The position numbers and the translations under genes are program-made. A stretch of DNA of 64,000 nucleotides from Camelus ferus (lineage: Eukaryota). How positions within the stretch are numbered: position 1 is the first letter of the stretch; every line of letters begins with the position of its first letter. The stretch spans positions 24,428,001 through 24,492,000 of the forward strand of contig NC_045698.1 in assembly GCF_009834535.1 (NCBI RefSeq). Direction: 5' to 3'. This document shows, in pieces, positions 13,325 through 25,344 of the stretch. The notes under the pieces were generated by a model. The model ran no database searches. It was given only the letters and a program-made list of their open reading frames with translations, and was not told where the DNA came from.

Positions 13325-13560
13325 GGCAGTGGAACAAGAGTGAGTGTCAAAGTCAGACAAACCAGGGCTTGGATCCTGGTTCTGCCTTTTATCAGCTATG
13401 CAGACCAGGCAAGTCATGTCAGTGTCTCTAATCCTCTGTTTTCTTATCTGCAAAGCTTTAAGTGATAATCTGTACCCCACAGTGTTGCTATGAGAACTAA
13501 CTGAAGGATTGCAGGAAAGTGCTCAGTACATCTTGAAGGCTCGATGAATAGTAGGTATCA
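13325..13560 (+). mobile_element. MIR SINE
   Basis: gtcagacaaaccagggcttggatcctggttctgcc...ttttcttatctgcaaa...aaagtgctcagtaca. Confidence 0.7.
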
Positions 13561-13677
13561 ACATTGTCATCTTTGTATGCAAGGATGCCGGGATATCCTG
13601 ATCTATCTTTGGAATGGCTACTTTGAGGGAATCCCATTTCCTTTTAAGGTTCTGATATTTCTTTGAGAAGTATTTCC

Positions 13678-13738
<61 letters not shown>

Positions 13739-13750
13739 GGAGAGAGGGAG
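13678..13750. repeat. Imperfect (GA)n microsatellite
   Basis: Directly visible purine dinucleotide run. Confidence 0.95.
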
Positions 13751-14209
13751 ACATCAAGATTGCAGGTATTAGCTGAGTCGAATAAATTTGTGTCAAGCTC
13801 TGATAGATGACAATGGAGACATTTCCCTTTACAGAGAGTTTCTGGCATATCTGGAGATGGATGCAGCCATCAGACCTCTCCAGTTTCCACGCCAAGATGC
13901 TTGTAGCTACAGGCACAGGTCTAGCTGTTTTGTACTCTAAGTTATGGGCCAAAAGAGAATTGAGAGAAAGGGTCGAGACTCCATGCCAGTCTGGACACAT
14001 TTCACCTGCTTGGCATAACAGAGTGCTCTGCCTGACAAAGGTGAGACAGTAAAGTTGACCCTGTATTCTGAACCCACCACTCATCTTTTAGAATAACTAG
14101 TCCAGAACTGATTTCACTCATTCTTTTGTTGACAAAAGCCCCATAAGAGAGAGAAGAAATTGCTCTAAAAAACGAGACTATTTAACACTTAGTTATAATC
14201 TCGTATTAA

Positions 14210-14402
14210 TATCAATAATAGCAGTTCATCATTGACTATAGACTAGGCATTTCCATTTTGTATTTTCCTAACAACCGTGCAAGAAGGCCAGTAGTGTTTC
14301 CCATTTTACCAACAGGAAAAGTGAGGCTCAGCAAAGTTCAGTGACTTGCCAATGTGTGGGAGCCAAGATCTGAAGTCCAGTTTGTTGGGCTCCAAAGCTC
14401 CC
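14210..14402 (-). mobile_element. MIR SINE
   Basis: cccattttaccaacaggaaaagtgaggctcagcaaagttcagtgacttgcc. Confidence 0.7.
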
Positions 14403-15223
14403 TGTGTTCTCTGCCACACCTTGTTGGCATTACCAATGGAAGACTCACGTCCCACACGGTGTGAGTCCCTAGTATCTTAAAGGAAAAGTGCAGAGGCCAT
14501 TACTATTCCTATTATGCACTGGGGAGCGAACAGTACTTAGTTTCAAAGCCAAGGCTTGGTCCCATTGTCTGACATTCAGCTAGGGGACCTGAAGAGCTCC
14601 CTTTGAGACTATCACCCTCTACAGGTGGCTCTCCTGTACTGTTTGTAGGATTGAAAACTCCAGGGGTGAGGACTATCACCATATGAAAGTCATTAACAGA
14701 GTTTGTATGGAGGGTTCCCAGCGAGACAGACTGGTGAAGCCCTTGGGACACAGTGTCCCAGGAGCTCACTCAGGAAAGGAGGGCTCTTTCCTTTGGCAGC
14801 ATGACTGACTCCAGACCCCTGGGGAAGGCTGCAGACTACTCCCCCAGCCAGCCCAGCTGCCAGCAGAGGTTTGGCTGGATAGCTGATGCAGGTCCTCAAA
14901 ACGAAGGCAAGGGATGTTCACCTGGGGTTCAGGTCTTCAGGAGATGTCTGCAAGCCTTCGGGGACTGCTTGCAAAACTTTATGTACATTCCATAAGAACA
15001 TTTTCCCTCCCCTCTTGGGAGAGGACTCAGCTAATTCTCAAAAGGATGTATGATCCCCAATTTTTAAGAACCACTAAAATTAAAATTATCATCAGCTTCT
15101 TCCTTACACTATTCAGCAACACTTTTACCCCATTAATTATATATATTCATATGAATCATATATATAGTGATCTAAATACATATAGTGCATGTGTAGGTAT
15201 ACACACATATAATGTTTAATGGG

Positions 15224-15224
<1 letters not shown>

Positions 15225-15254
<30 letters not shown>
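15225..15254. repeat. (AC)n microsatellite, about 15 units
   Basis: Directly visible. Confidence 0.95.
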
Positions 15255-15255
<1 letters not shown>

Positions 15256-15763
15256 CTCCTAAATGTTGCAAGGAAAACTGAGGCCCAGAGAGGGCAAATG
15301 TCTTGCGCAAATTTGCACAGCCAGAGGCAGGGCTGGGATTAGCAGCACTCCACTGACTGAGAAGCATGAGACTCTGGTGGGAAATCTATGCCAGCCAACT
15401 TGATGAATGAAAACAAATGAAACCCTCCAGATTCATAATAAGGTTCTGCAACCATTTTTCAAGTCCAACCATCGAAAATCCTCACTTGTTTGTTATTAGG
15501 GCAACGTGGGCTGCTTCCCCGGGACACAGGTAGAGGTCACTAAAAGGATACTCTCCACTCATAGAGCTAGAACTCCAACCCTCGCTTGGCAGCGCTCTGG
15601 CTCCCCGGTTACCTGAGTTTGCCCGACTTCCCCCTCCTTTCCCCTCTGCTCCTCTCCAGAGGATTCTCCCGGCTTCCTTCCTCTCCAGCTGGAATTGCTC
15701 TGCTGAGGTCAAGGCGCCTCCGTTCGGCTCCAGGTTGCGGGTTAGAGCCAGGAGTCTGCTTAC

Positions 15764-16030
15764 CTGCCACTACTCCCACTGCCTTTGGGGAGGGAGCGCT
15801 GCGCCTTCGGGTCAGTGCGGGTACCACTCAACTTAGCACGCCGGATACCCGGGAGGCGGCGGCCGCTGCCGCCGGCACCTGCCGCCGGCACCGCTGCTGC
15901 TGGGCGAGTCCTCCAGCCCGCTGTCTGCACATCACCTGTATGAGCCCCTTCCCTCTCCCCGCTATTTTCCTCTTTTCAATTCGACGCAATGTACCTTCCG
16001 AGAATCCCACAACCCCGCCGAAACTCATTC
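15764..16030 (-). other. Candidate non-coding first exon (alternative donor at 15613)
   Basis: Donor CAG|GTAAGC at 15764/15763; second donor CAG|GTAACC at 15613/15612; inside the CpG island downstream of the TATA box. Confidence 0.55.
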
Positions 16031-16053
16031 TCAAGGGTGCATCTGAAGATGTC

Positions 16054-16060
16054 TTTTATA
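16054..16060 (-). promoter_or_regulatory. Canonical TATA box (TATAAAAG) for a minus-strand start at about 16025-16030
   Basis: Minus strand reads gtggtTATAAAAgac, with a GC box about 50 nt upstream and a strong donor about 265 nt downstream. Confidence 0.6.
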
Positions 16061-16332
16061 ACCACTAATGTGTGCAGTTGTAAAAGCCGCAGCGGGTGGA
16101 AGGGAACGGAGGGCGGATAGAGTATTTTCAGTTCCTCTGAGAAGGGACATCCGTGCAGTCAGAGCCCCGGCTCTCCCCCAGGCTGCCGCCGCCGGGCGGC
16201 TCCGGCGGGTTTCCGGCGTTTTCCAGAGCTGCCCGCGTTCCGCTCGCGCCCGCCCGCGGCCTCGACCCCGCAGCCCCCGCGCCGCGCCGCGCCGCCCCTG
16301 GCCGCTCGGCTCAGCCCGCGCTGGGTACTCAC

Positions 16333-16585
16333 TTCTGCCGGGGGCTAAGTCTGCCGTATCAGTCCGTGGGCACTTCCTGCCAAAGGACGTGGAGCTCCAT
16401 CGCGTGTAGCGCGGTTTCGCGAACAGCTGGTAAAATCCAGAAAGCCGGACAGGAGCCCGTAAGACCGAAGGGGAAGGGGGCGGGGGGCGAGGGGGGGGGG
16501 GGGCCGTGGGGGCGGGGGGCGCGGAGCCCAGCCCGAAGGCCGCGAGTCTGGGAATGTCAGCCCGGGCTCCGGCAGCCCGGCGGCT
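16333..16585 (-). other. Candidate minus-strand exon (internal, or an alternative first exon ending at the same donor)
   Basis: Donor GAA|GTGAGT at 16333/16332; acceptor cttgggcttcttctcacag| at 16586/16585. Confidence 0.5.
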
Positions 16586-16728
16586 CTGTGAGAAGAAGCC
16601 CAAGTGCACTTGTTCACTCTTTCTTTATTTGGAGGAGGAGTCAGGGTTACAACATTTCTGCTCCTTGCTGGAGGCAAAACAGTCATTGTCTTCAGCCCGC
16701 CAATGTCCATAGCCGGCCAGTTTTCCAG
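16540..16728 (+). other. Candidate first exon of a plus-strand (divergent/antisense) transcript; 5' end uncertain
   Basis: Donor CAG|GTGAGG at 16728/16729 at the edge of the CpG island. Confidence 0.35.
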
Positions 16729-16871
16729 GTGAGGGAGGCAGCTCGGGGAGCGGGAACGCAGCAGAGAGGTGGAGAAGAAAGGACGGATTCTCCCCAGCTT
16801 GGTATTGCCTGATGAGGACCCCACATCTTCCACTGGAACTGCACCAAAACACAGACTGACAAAACACTCAC

Positions 16872-17034
16872 AAAAATGTCTTCATGAATGGAGTGACCTC
16901 AAAGGTGATATTTCTCCTGGCAGCCAAGATATGGAGTGTCCCCGTGTCGAATTTCTTTCCTAACTTCTGAATAACCTTGAACTGCAGCTTCACAGCATTT
17001 GAGGGGAGCCCCAGGGATTTGAATCTCACCTTCT
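16872..17034 (-). other. Candidate 163-nt internal exon
   Basis: Branch-point CACTGAC (branch A at 17083), 46-nt AG-free pyrimidine-rich tract, cccag| acceptor, donor TTT|GTGAGT. Confidence 0.6.
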
Positions 17035-18864
17035 CTGGGAAGGAGGGGACAGAATGAAAGGGGCAAAAGAAAAACAAAACAGTCAGTGACCTGAAACAGC
17101 GGGTTTTGCTTTCTTTTTTGATACCCCAAACCTGAAACTTGCAGAGTGTCTGTTTATTCTCTGCCACATGAGTAGAATACATTGGTGGTGCTGAAAGACT
17201 CCACTCTTTTGCTGTTTTCCGTGAATATAGAATTTATCATTTCTAATAGAGCTGTACGTGGGTCTGACTTTTTTTTTCCTGGTAATAAAACCAGACACAA
17301 CCACCACAACCACCACCTTTTTATCTGACAAAAAGTAATGAAACAAGTAATACTAGTTGCCTGAATCAAATAATTATCCTTTAATTAGTAAGTTTCTACT
17401 TCTGTTTGATGCTATTAATATCGCATCTGATTGTTTCATAACCCACAGGGGCACCAAGGAGATATTTTGAACAAAGACTATGGAGTTTCAGCAAAAAAAG
17501 GTTATTAGAATGCTGTGTGGCCTTTTCCCTTTTGAGTGACCGCCACTGTGGAATAATCAGCAAATGACATTCAGTAGCAGCCACTTGCCAAGTCTCAGGA
17601 AGCCACTGAAATCCCAGGATGCTTAGGTGATCCTTCTGGACTGGAAACCAGAGGCACCTGGAAAGACATAATCACCTGATGCTTCCTGTTCAGTAATATG
17701 ACCTTGTTCATGAAACTGTGGATGCCATCTGCTTCTCTCTGCTGATGGGAGACGCCTCTTTTGTGCGTACTTACCTTCACTCAGGCCACAAAGGTATGCA
17801 ACTCCTATTGATTTTCCAAAGCCCTAGGTGATATGGGATCTTCAATGGCAGACTATTTCTACATGACCTTTGCAAAGCAAGGGGTCATTAGTTTTTTTGG
17901 AGTAGTTCTAATCAGACAATTTTAATAGCTGGTGAAAAAAGCATCATCCTAATAACTCTAGACTGTCAGCTCTTGGAAGGTAGGGCCCTCACTTTTCCTC
18001 CTCGTGGTTCCTAGTTAGCTGCAGGCAGCTCAGCTCATCTGTGTTCCTGGCTTCCTGACTGGTTGTTGAGTGACTAATCCACATCTCACTGGGTGAGGCG
18101 GGCGAGACTGGCTTTCTCCTCCGCTGTGCAGCACAAGTCATGTCAGTGAACCACTAGCATTCACACGCAGTACTCAGTGGGTTAATTACCTTGCCCCGGC
18201 TTTACTGAGATGATGAAGGAAGTCCACCATGAACCTTAGCTTCTTTCCCCATTGCCTCGTCTCCTTTTCTACACACTAACGTGCTCTGGTCCCTTCATGT
18301 GTGTAACCTTCTTACACGTCTGTCTTGTCACTGCCTCAGTGGGGGTGTTCCTCCTTTTTCCCCAGCTACTCCTCCAGCTGAGTCCTAGACCCCAGCCCTG
18401 CCCACTGCCTGCAAGACCTTGCTTGACAGCCAGTGCAGGGGAAAGAGACCAGATGTTGGGATGGGTTTGGGTCTTTGGTATTATTTGGATTCCCTAACCC
18501 TCACTTGCCTCACTCTAAATCAGATACAGTGATATTGGTCTCAAAAAATAATAGTGGTGATTATTAATTACTGGTAAAAAGAGTAATGATCACGTATGTG
18601 AAATGCCTGACAAATAACAGAAAGTCTAGAAACATTAAGCCCATTTTTTTCCCCTTTCCATTTCCCCCTACCTTTCTCTCATATTTAATGTTTTCTGCCC
18701 CAGGGGCTTCTTCCTTAGCCTACAGCATCCTTCCATCTTCCTTGATGCTGCTAACCCTTTTGGTGGCTTTACAATTTAATTCACTCCTTTCTTCATCTGT
18801 CAAACAGTGAAAGCATGCTCTGCCCTCAGCCTCCCTGACTCACTGCCCTCTCAATGCCATGCCT

Positions 18865-19010
18865 CTGTGGTTCGTAATCTTGGCTGCACATGTCGGTCAT
18901 CTGAAGAGGGTTTCAAATATACCGTATCTGGGTGTCACTTGCAGAACTTCTAATTCAGGAGTTTTAGGGTGGGGTCTTGATTTCTGTTTCTACAAAGATG
19001 CACAGGCAGT
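18865..19010. mobile_element. MER5-family MITE
   Basis: ggttcgtaatcttggctgcacat...gcagaacttctaattcaggagttttagggtgggg. Confidence 0.55.
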
Positions 19011-19399
19011 GGGGACAAAGGCTGCCTTAATCCCCTTTGCACCCCGACATTCCCCACTACTCTCACCTGCTCTCAGGGGGTGTCCGCCTGGGTCTCTCTG
19101 CTGCGTCTGCTCCCCTTCGCTCCTTGATCCTGAAGCTCTCATTCCTCGGCTCTGAGTCCCTGTCCTCCCCTACTTCTCTGTCTTTCTGGGGCATTCCTCT
19201 GCTGCCTTTTGCTGTGACCCCTCTTGCTTCTTCTCCTTCCTGAATGGGAACAGTTGTGTGTTTGGTCCTTCATCACACCCTCTCCTCCTTTCATCCAGTC
19301 TCGTCTCCGGAAGTGACCACCATTCACTTATTGGTGCATATCTGTCCTCTATCCTACACGAATGTGGTCGTGTCCTTATATGACATGCTTCTATTGTTT

Positions 19400-21030
19400 A
19401 AACTAAAAATTGAATAATTTCTATGACTTGTCTTTTTTAAACTTCACACAGTATGTCTTCCAGGTTTCAAGCTACAGACTTAACCTTTTCTTTTTAATTG
19501 CTGTCTAGTTTGTAATTTATTCTATTGTTCTTGCATTGTTAGATCGTTGGTAATTTTAATTTTTTACTGTAAAAAGTGCTGCCATGATTATCTTTGCATG
19601 TACCTTAGGACAGATACTTAGAAATGGCATTGCTAGGTCAAAGGGAATGAGAAGTAAAATTTTGCTAGATCACTGCTAAATTGCTCTCCAAAAATGTTGT
19701 AGAAGAAATTCCTAGAAGTGAGACTACTGAGTCAGAGGATACGAACATTTTAAATTTTCATATATACCTTTAAATTCTCCCCCAAATACTTATCAATACA
19801 TATTCCTACTCGAATACACTCCTACCAAGGATGTTTTCTCACAACCTTGCCAGTACTGAATTTTATCAATCTAATTTATGTTAGTTCAATCAACAAAGTA
19901 TTGTGACTTAGTATTGTTCTAATTCACCATCCCCTGACTTCTTGTGAGGTTGAATTAATATGCTTATCATCATTTGAATTTTTTTCTCTTATGCTTTGGC
20001 TGGTCAATCCTACATCTCTCTTTCTTCTGGTATATTTTTAAAATTAATTTTTGATGTCTACTTTACTATATTTTATTAGCACTTTGTTAAATACATTGTA
20101 AACGTTTTCCTGTGCCTGTCATGTTTCCCTTGATTTTGTTTATGGGCTGTTTTACTGCACAAAGTTTTAAATTTTCACTTGTTTAAATCTATCAATTATA
20201 TTCTATTAAGGCTCTGAGTTTTCTCTATTCTTCCTTGCTTCTAATACTGTTAAAAGTTTTTTTTTTAAAAGATCTTTAATAACCTTGGGAATTGTCTTTA
20301 AATATTATATAAAGTGGAGAATTAAATTAATTTTCTTCTGAATGCACAGTCAATTATCCTATTCCTTTTTATTGAAAAATCCACAATTTTTCCACTGATT
20401 TCTACTGTCAAATAACATACATTTCCACATATATTTATATCTATTCTGGACACTATTCTGTTCTGTTTATCATGACTATTTGCATGCTAATTATGCACAA
20501 TTTTGATAACTGTATTGTAAAAACAGTATAGTTTAATACTTCTTAGTACAAGTGGTTGAGCAAGGTCTTTCTTTTTAAAATTTTCTTGATAAATGTGATA
20601 TATTTATTTTCCCATAAAATTTTAAAATCAATTTGTCCAAATTAAAAAAAAGTTAGTCTTACACTACATTTATATATTAATTTGGAAAAAAAAATAGATA
20701 TCATTAAGGCGTTAACTCTTTCTACCCAGGGAATATGTCTCTCTGTCTACTTAAAAAAAATCTTTAAAAAAATATCCTTTAATTTTTAAATTTAATCTTA
20801 CAATGTCATTTATTTTATTGTATGATAATTTGCTTAATTGTACCATGTGATGAATATTTAGGTTCTTCCCCAATATTTACTTTTATAAATAATGTTACAA
20901 TGAATCTATTTGTAGAAAGAGATTTTGTTTGAGGAAAATTTATTTCTTTAGTCTGAAATCCCAGTAAAACATACTTAGGTCAAAGGGCATGCACATTTTT
21001 ATGGCTCTTGAGATTTAAAAGCTTATCTTT
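19400..21030 (-). mobile_element. Ancient L1 (L1ME-like) fragments
   Basis: agaaatggcattgctaggtcaaagggaatg, cacaaccttgccagtactg and T-rich ORF2 3' remnants. Confidence 0.7.
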
Positions 21031-21879
21031 TCTAATAGTGTCAACTGTTGATATTTCCTCTGTCACACTCTATATCCAATCAGGCACAAGGTCCTGTAAG
21101 TGTTTTTTTTTCCTTTTACTGTTAAGTTCAGGCTTCTTCCTCTTTAGTAATCCCTGACTAGCTTCACTTTCACCAGTTTTGCCTGTAACAAATGCAGGTA
21201 CTTCTGCATTTGTGTGAATCTGATTGCATTAATCCTTGAATTAAAAAATTTTTACGGTGTTATTTCCCACCGAATAAAGTTAAAACATCTTTGCTGATTT
21301 CAGTGGGTTTCAGAGAAGTAACTCAATAAATATTTACTGTGTGTTTGCATCCCATCTTCCTTTCTTGGAATGTTATTTTCCCCACTCCTCACCTACATGA
21401 AACTCTATCTATTCTTGATTTCCGTATTCAATGTCACTTTCTTCTAAAAGTTTTCCCTGATCACTCCAACTCTGAAGGCACTCTGCTTGCTTCTGTCTAG
21501 CAGTTTATAGTACACCCCTCTGTTCTACTTCCAAGTAGCATCGTGAAGCTGATATGAGCTGACACACGAGTGCATTTGTAAATTATAAACCATGTATAAA
21601 ATAAGGCACTACTATTATTAGACAGTGTTTCCTGCCTTCCAGGGAAACCTACACTACCTGCATAAGCGGCGAGGCTAAATACAACTGTCATGAGCTTGAG
21701 AATGGGGCTAATTTTCTCCATGTGAACATGCAGTAGGAAGATGCTAAGATTGCTGGCCTGTTGAGTAACAGGACTCAAGTCTTCTAAACCCAAAGAGGGA
21801 AACTGAGCTTGTTGAATCAAATGAGATGGTTGTTAGTCCCTGCTGTAGTTACATGGAAGTATTTCGGGCTATTGTGGTA

Positions 21880-22002
21880 TAAGTCTTGCTGCTCAATATG
21901 TAGTCTTTGGAATAGCTGCATTGGCATCACTTGAGAACTTATTAGAAATGCAGAATCTCAGACCCTACCCCCACCTTCTAATTCTACATATTAACAAGAT
22001 CC
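21880..22002. mobile_element. MER5A MITE
   Basis: gcattggcatcacttgagaacttattagaaatgcagaatctcagaccctacccc. Confidence 0.7.
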
Positions 22003-22189
22003 ACTGTTCCAGGGCTAGATTTCATAAAGCCCAAGTGATGGCAAAGTGACTGTTCCTCTGGAAGTGCCCAAATTGCACTGGGCAGGAGGATGAGTTGACT
22101 TTGACTTACATGTTTTATCCATCTCTACCTTGTGGTAGTGATGGTGGCAGGTGAGGGGTGGTGTGCATTTAAGGACTGGCTGATGTCAC

Positions 22190-25100
22190 ACATTTCACCT
22201 CTAGGACTTACTCATCTTGCATAACTGAAACTTTATACCCATTGAACAATGACTTCATATTTCCTCCTCCCCTTTAGACCTTGGCAGCTACCATTCTACT
22301 CTTTGCTTCTATGAGTATGGCTATTTTAGATACCTCATATAAGTTGAGTCATGCAGTATTTGTCTTTCTGTTACTGGCTTGTCATTTAGCAGTGTGTCCT
22401 CCAGGTTCATCCATTTTGTTGCNNNNNNNNNNNNNNNNNNNNNNNNNNNNNNNNNNNNNNNNNNNNNNNNNNNNNNNNNNNNNNNNNNNNNNNNNNNNNN
22501 NNNNNNNNNNNNNNNNNNNNNNNNNNNNNNNNNNNNNNNNNNNNNNNNNNNNNNNNNNNNNNNNNNNNNNNNNNNNNNNNNNNNNNNNNNNNNNNNNNNN
22601 NNNNNNNNNNNNNNNNNNNNNNNNNNNNNNNNNNNNNNNNNNNNNNNNNNNNNNNNNNNNNNNNNNNNNNNNNNNNNNNNNNNNNNNNNNNNNNNNNNNN
22701 NNNNNNNNNNNNNNNNNNNNNNNNNTTCTTCACAACTTTGCCAATACTCATTTTTTTTTTTTTTGGATAATTACCTCCCCAACAGGTGTGAGGTATTACC
22801 TCATTGTAGTTTTGATTCACATTTTCCTGATGATTGATGATTCTGACTATCTTTTCTTATACCTGCTGGCTATTTGTGTATCTTCTATAGAGAAATGCAA
22901 TTTAAGTCCTCTGACCATTTTTAGGTCAGGTTGTTTGTTGCTGTTGTTTGCCTTTGAGTCATAGGAGTTCCTTATGTATTTTGCATATTAACCCTTTATC
23001 AGATATATGGTTTGCAGATATTTTCTCACATTCCATAGGTTGCGCTTTCATTTTGTTGATTGTTCCTTTGTTGTGCAGTAGCTTCTTAGTTTGATGTAGT
23101 TCCACTCATTTATTTTTATTTTTGTTGCCTGTTTATTTGGCATCATAGCCGAAAAGTCATTTCCAAGACTAATGTCACCCTTATCAAAGATCAGTTGACC
23201 ATAAATGTGTGAATTTATTTCTGGGCTCTCAGTTCCATTCTGTTGGTCTGTACATCTGTTTTTATGCCAATACCATACTGTTTTTATTACTGTAACTTTG
23301 TGAAAAATCTATAAGTCTGGGATCTCCAGCTTTGTTCCTCTTGCTCAAAATTGATTGGCTATTCAAGGTCTTTTGTGGTTCCATGTGATTTGTAGAACTG
23401 TTTTCACAAATACGGGATTATCTTTACATTTGATTGTGTATGCTTTAATTTCAGCATTGTTGAATAATTTTCAATGGATGAGTCTTTCACCTCTTTAGTT
23501 AAGTTTATTATTATTTTATTATATTAAAATTGAAAGCATTTTTTGATCTTACTTTAAATAGGATTGTTAATTTCCTTTTTGGCTAGTTTATTGTTAGTAT
23601 ATATAAATGAGCATGTATATATATATGTATATAAAAGCACGTATATATATATATAAAAATGAACTATGTTGATTTCGTATCCTGTAATTTGACTGAACTT
23701 TTAAATTAGTTCTGACAAGTTTGTGTGTGTGTGTATGCAGAGTCTTTAGGGTTTTCTACATACAAGATTATGTCATCTGCAAGCATAATTTTACTTATTT
23801 CTCTCTGATTCAGATGCATTTTATTTTATTTTTTTTCTTGCCTAATTGCTCTGGCTAGGACTTTCAATATTGTATTGAATAGAAGTGGTGATAATGGACA
23901 TACTTGCCTTGGTCTTGATCTTAGAGGAAAAGTTTCAGTTTTTCACCATTGAGTATGATGATACCTGCGGGCTATTCATGTATGACCTTTATTATGTTGA
24001 GGTATTTTCCTTCTGTTCAAGTTTGTTGAGAGTTTTTCATCATTAAAGGGTGTTGGAGTTTTAAAGGTGTTTTTCTATATCTGTTGAGATAATCATGTAA
24101 TTTTAATCCTTCATTCTGTTGATATAATGTATCACATTAATTGATTTGCAAATGTTGAAACATCCTCACATCCCAGGGATAAATCTCTCTTGGTCTTGGT
24201 TTATATAATCCCTTTAATGTGATAATCCTTCTTCTGTCATGGAAGTGTTTATCACTACAAACTTCCCTCCTAGTACTGCTTTTGCAGCATCCCTTAAGTT
24301 TTTGTATGTTATGTTTTCATTTTCATTTGTCTCAAGTAATTTTCTTATTTCCCTTTTGATATCATTGACCCAGTGTTGTTCATAAGTGTGTTTTTTGATT
24401 TCTACATATTCATGAAATTTCCAGTTTTCCTTTTGTTACTGATTTCTACTGATTTCATTGTGTTTTGAAACAATTTGTAATTGCTAAATCTTCTTGATGA
24501 ATTGATCTTTTTATTATTGTATAATCTCCTTCTTTACTTACTGTCAGTTTTTGACTTAGTGTATTTTGTCTGATATAACTATAGCCATCTCTGCTTTCTT
24601 TTTTTTTTTTTTTATTGTTTGCATGGAATATCTTTTTCATTCCTTCACTTTTAGCCTTTATTTGTTCTTAATTCTAAAATGAGTCTTTATAGATAGTATA
24701 TAGTTGGGTATTGTTTTTTTAATTCATTCAGCTACTCTTTGTCTTTTGATTGGGGAATTTAATCCGTTCACATTTAAAGTAATTATTGATAGGAAAAGTT
24801 TCTTATTGACATTTCATTAACTGTTTTGTCTGTCTTGTAGTTACTTTGTTTTTCTTTGCTTCTCTTGCTGTCTTCCTTTTGTATTTTGCTGATTTTTTAA
24901 TAGTAATATGCTTTGACTTCCTTCTTTTTTGTTTAACTTCTATAGCTATTTTCTTTGTTGTTGCCATGAGCTTGTTTAGAACATCTGATAGTTATGAGTC
25001 TATTTTAAGCTAATAACAACTTTACTTCTATTGCATATAAAAACTCTATACTTTGACTTCTCCCCCAACACACACACACTTTATGCTACTGATGTGACCA

Positions 25101-25325
25101 TTTGCATCTTTTTATGCTGTATATCCATTATGAAATTACTTCTAGTTATAGTTATTCTTAGCACTTGTCTCTAAACTTTTACATTAAAATAAAAAACGTT
25201 TTATATGCCACCATTACAGTATTCTGTATTTGTCTATAAATTTACCGATAAGTTTTATACTTTGATATGCTTTTTTATTGCTGTGTAGTGGCTTTTCATT
25301 TCAACTTGAAGAACTCACTTTACCA
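22190..25325 (-). mobile_element. L1 (L1MA/L1MB-age) with several internal deletions; contains a 303-nt N run
   Basis: 3' UTR (actgaaactttatacccattgaacaa), ORF2 remnants (gtattgaatagaagtggtga, actacaaacttccctc) and endonuclease-region remnants. Confidence 0.85.
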
Positions 25326-25344
25326 TTGTGCAAGTTGCCAGCCT

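Larger units (their letters stand above)
15690..16760. promoter_or_regulatory. CpG island promoter
   Basis: About 1 kb of very GC-rich, CpG-dense sequence in an otherwise CpG-depleted window; GC box gggcgg at 16111-16116; splice donors on both strands. Confidence 0.92.

Noticed and set aside
15586-16833. Long overlapping ORFs of 113-219 aa in several frames
   Set aside because: Expected from stop-poor GC-rich CpG-island DNA; many use non-ATG starts, are low complexity and match no known protein
17185-17195. REST/NRSE left half-site TTCAGCACCAC on the minus strand
   Set aside because: No GGACAG right half-site at canonical or nearby spacing
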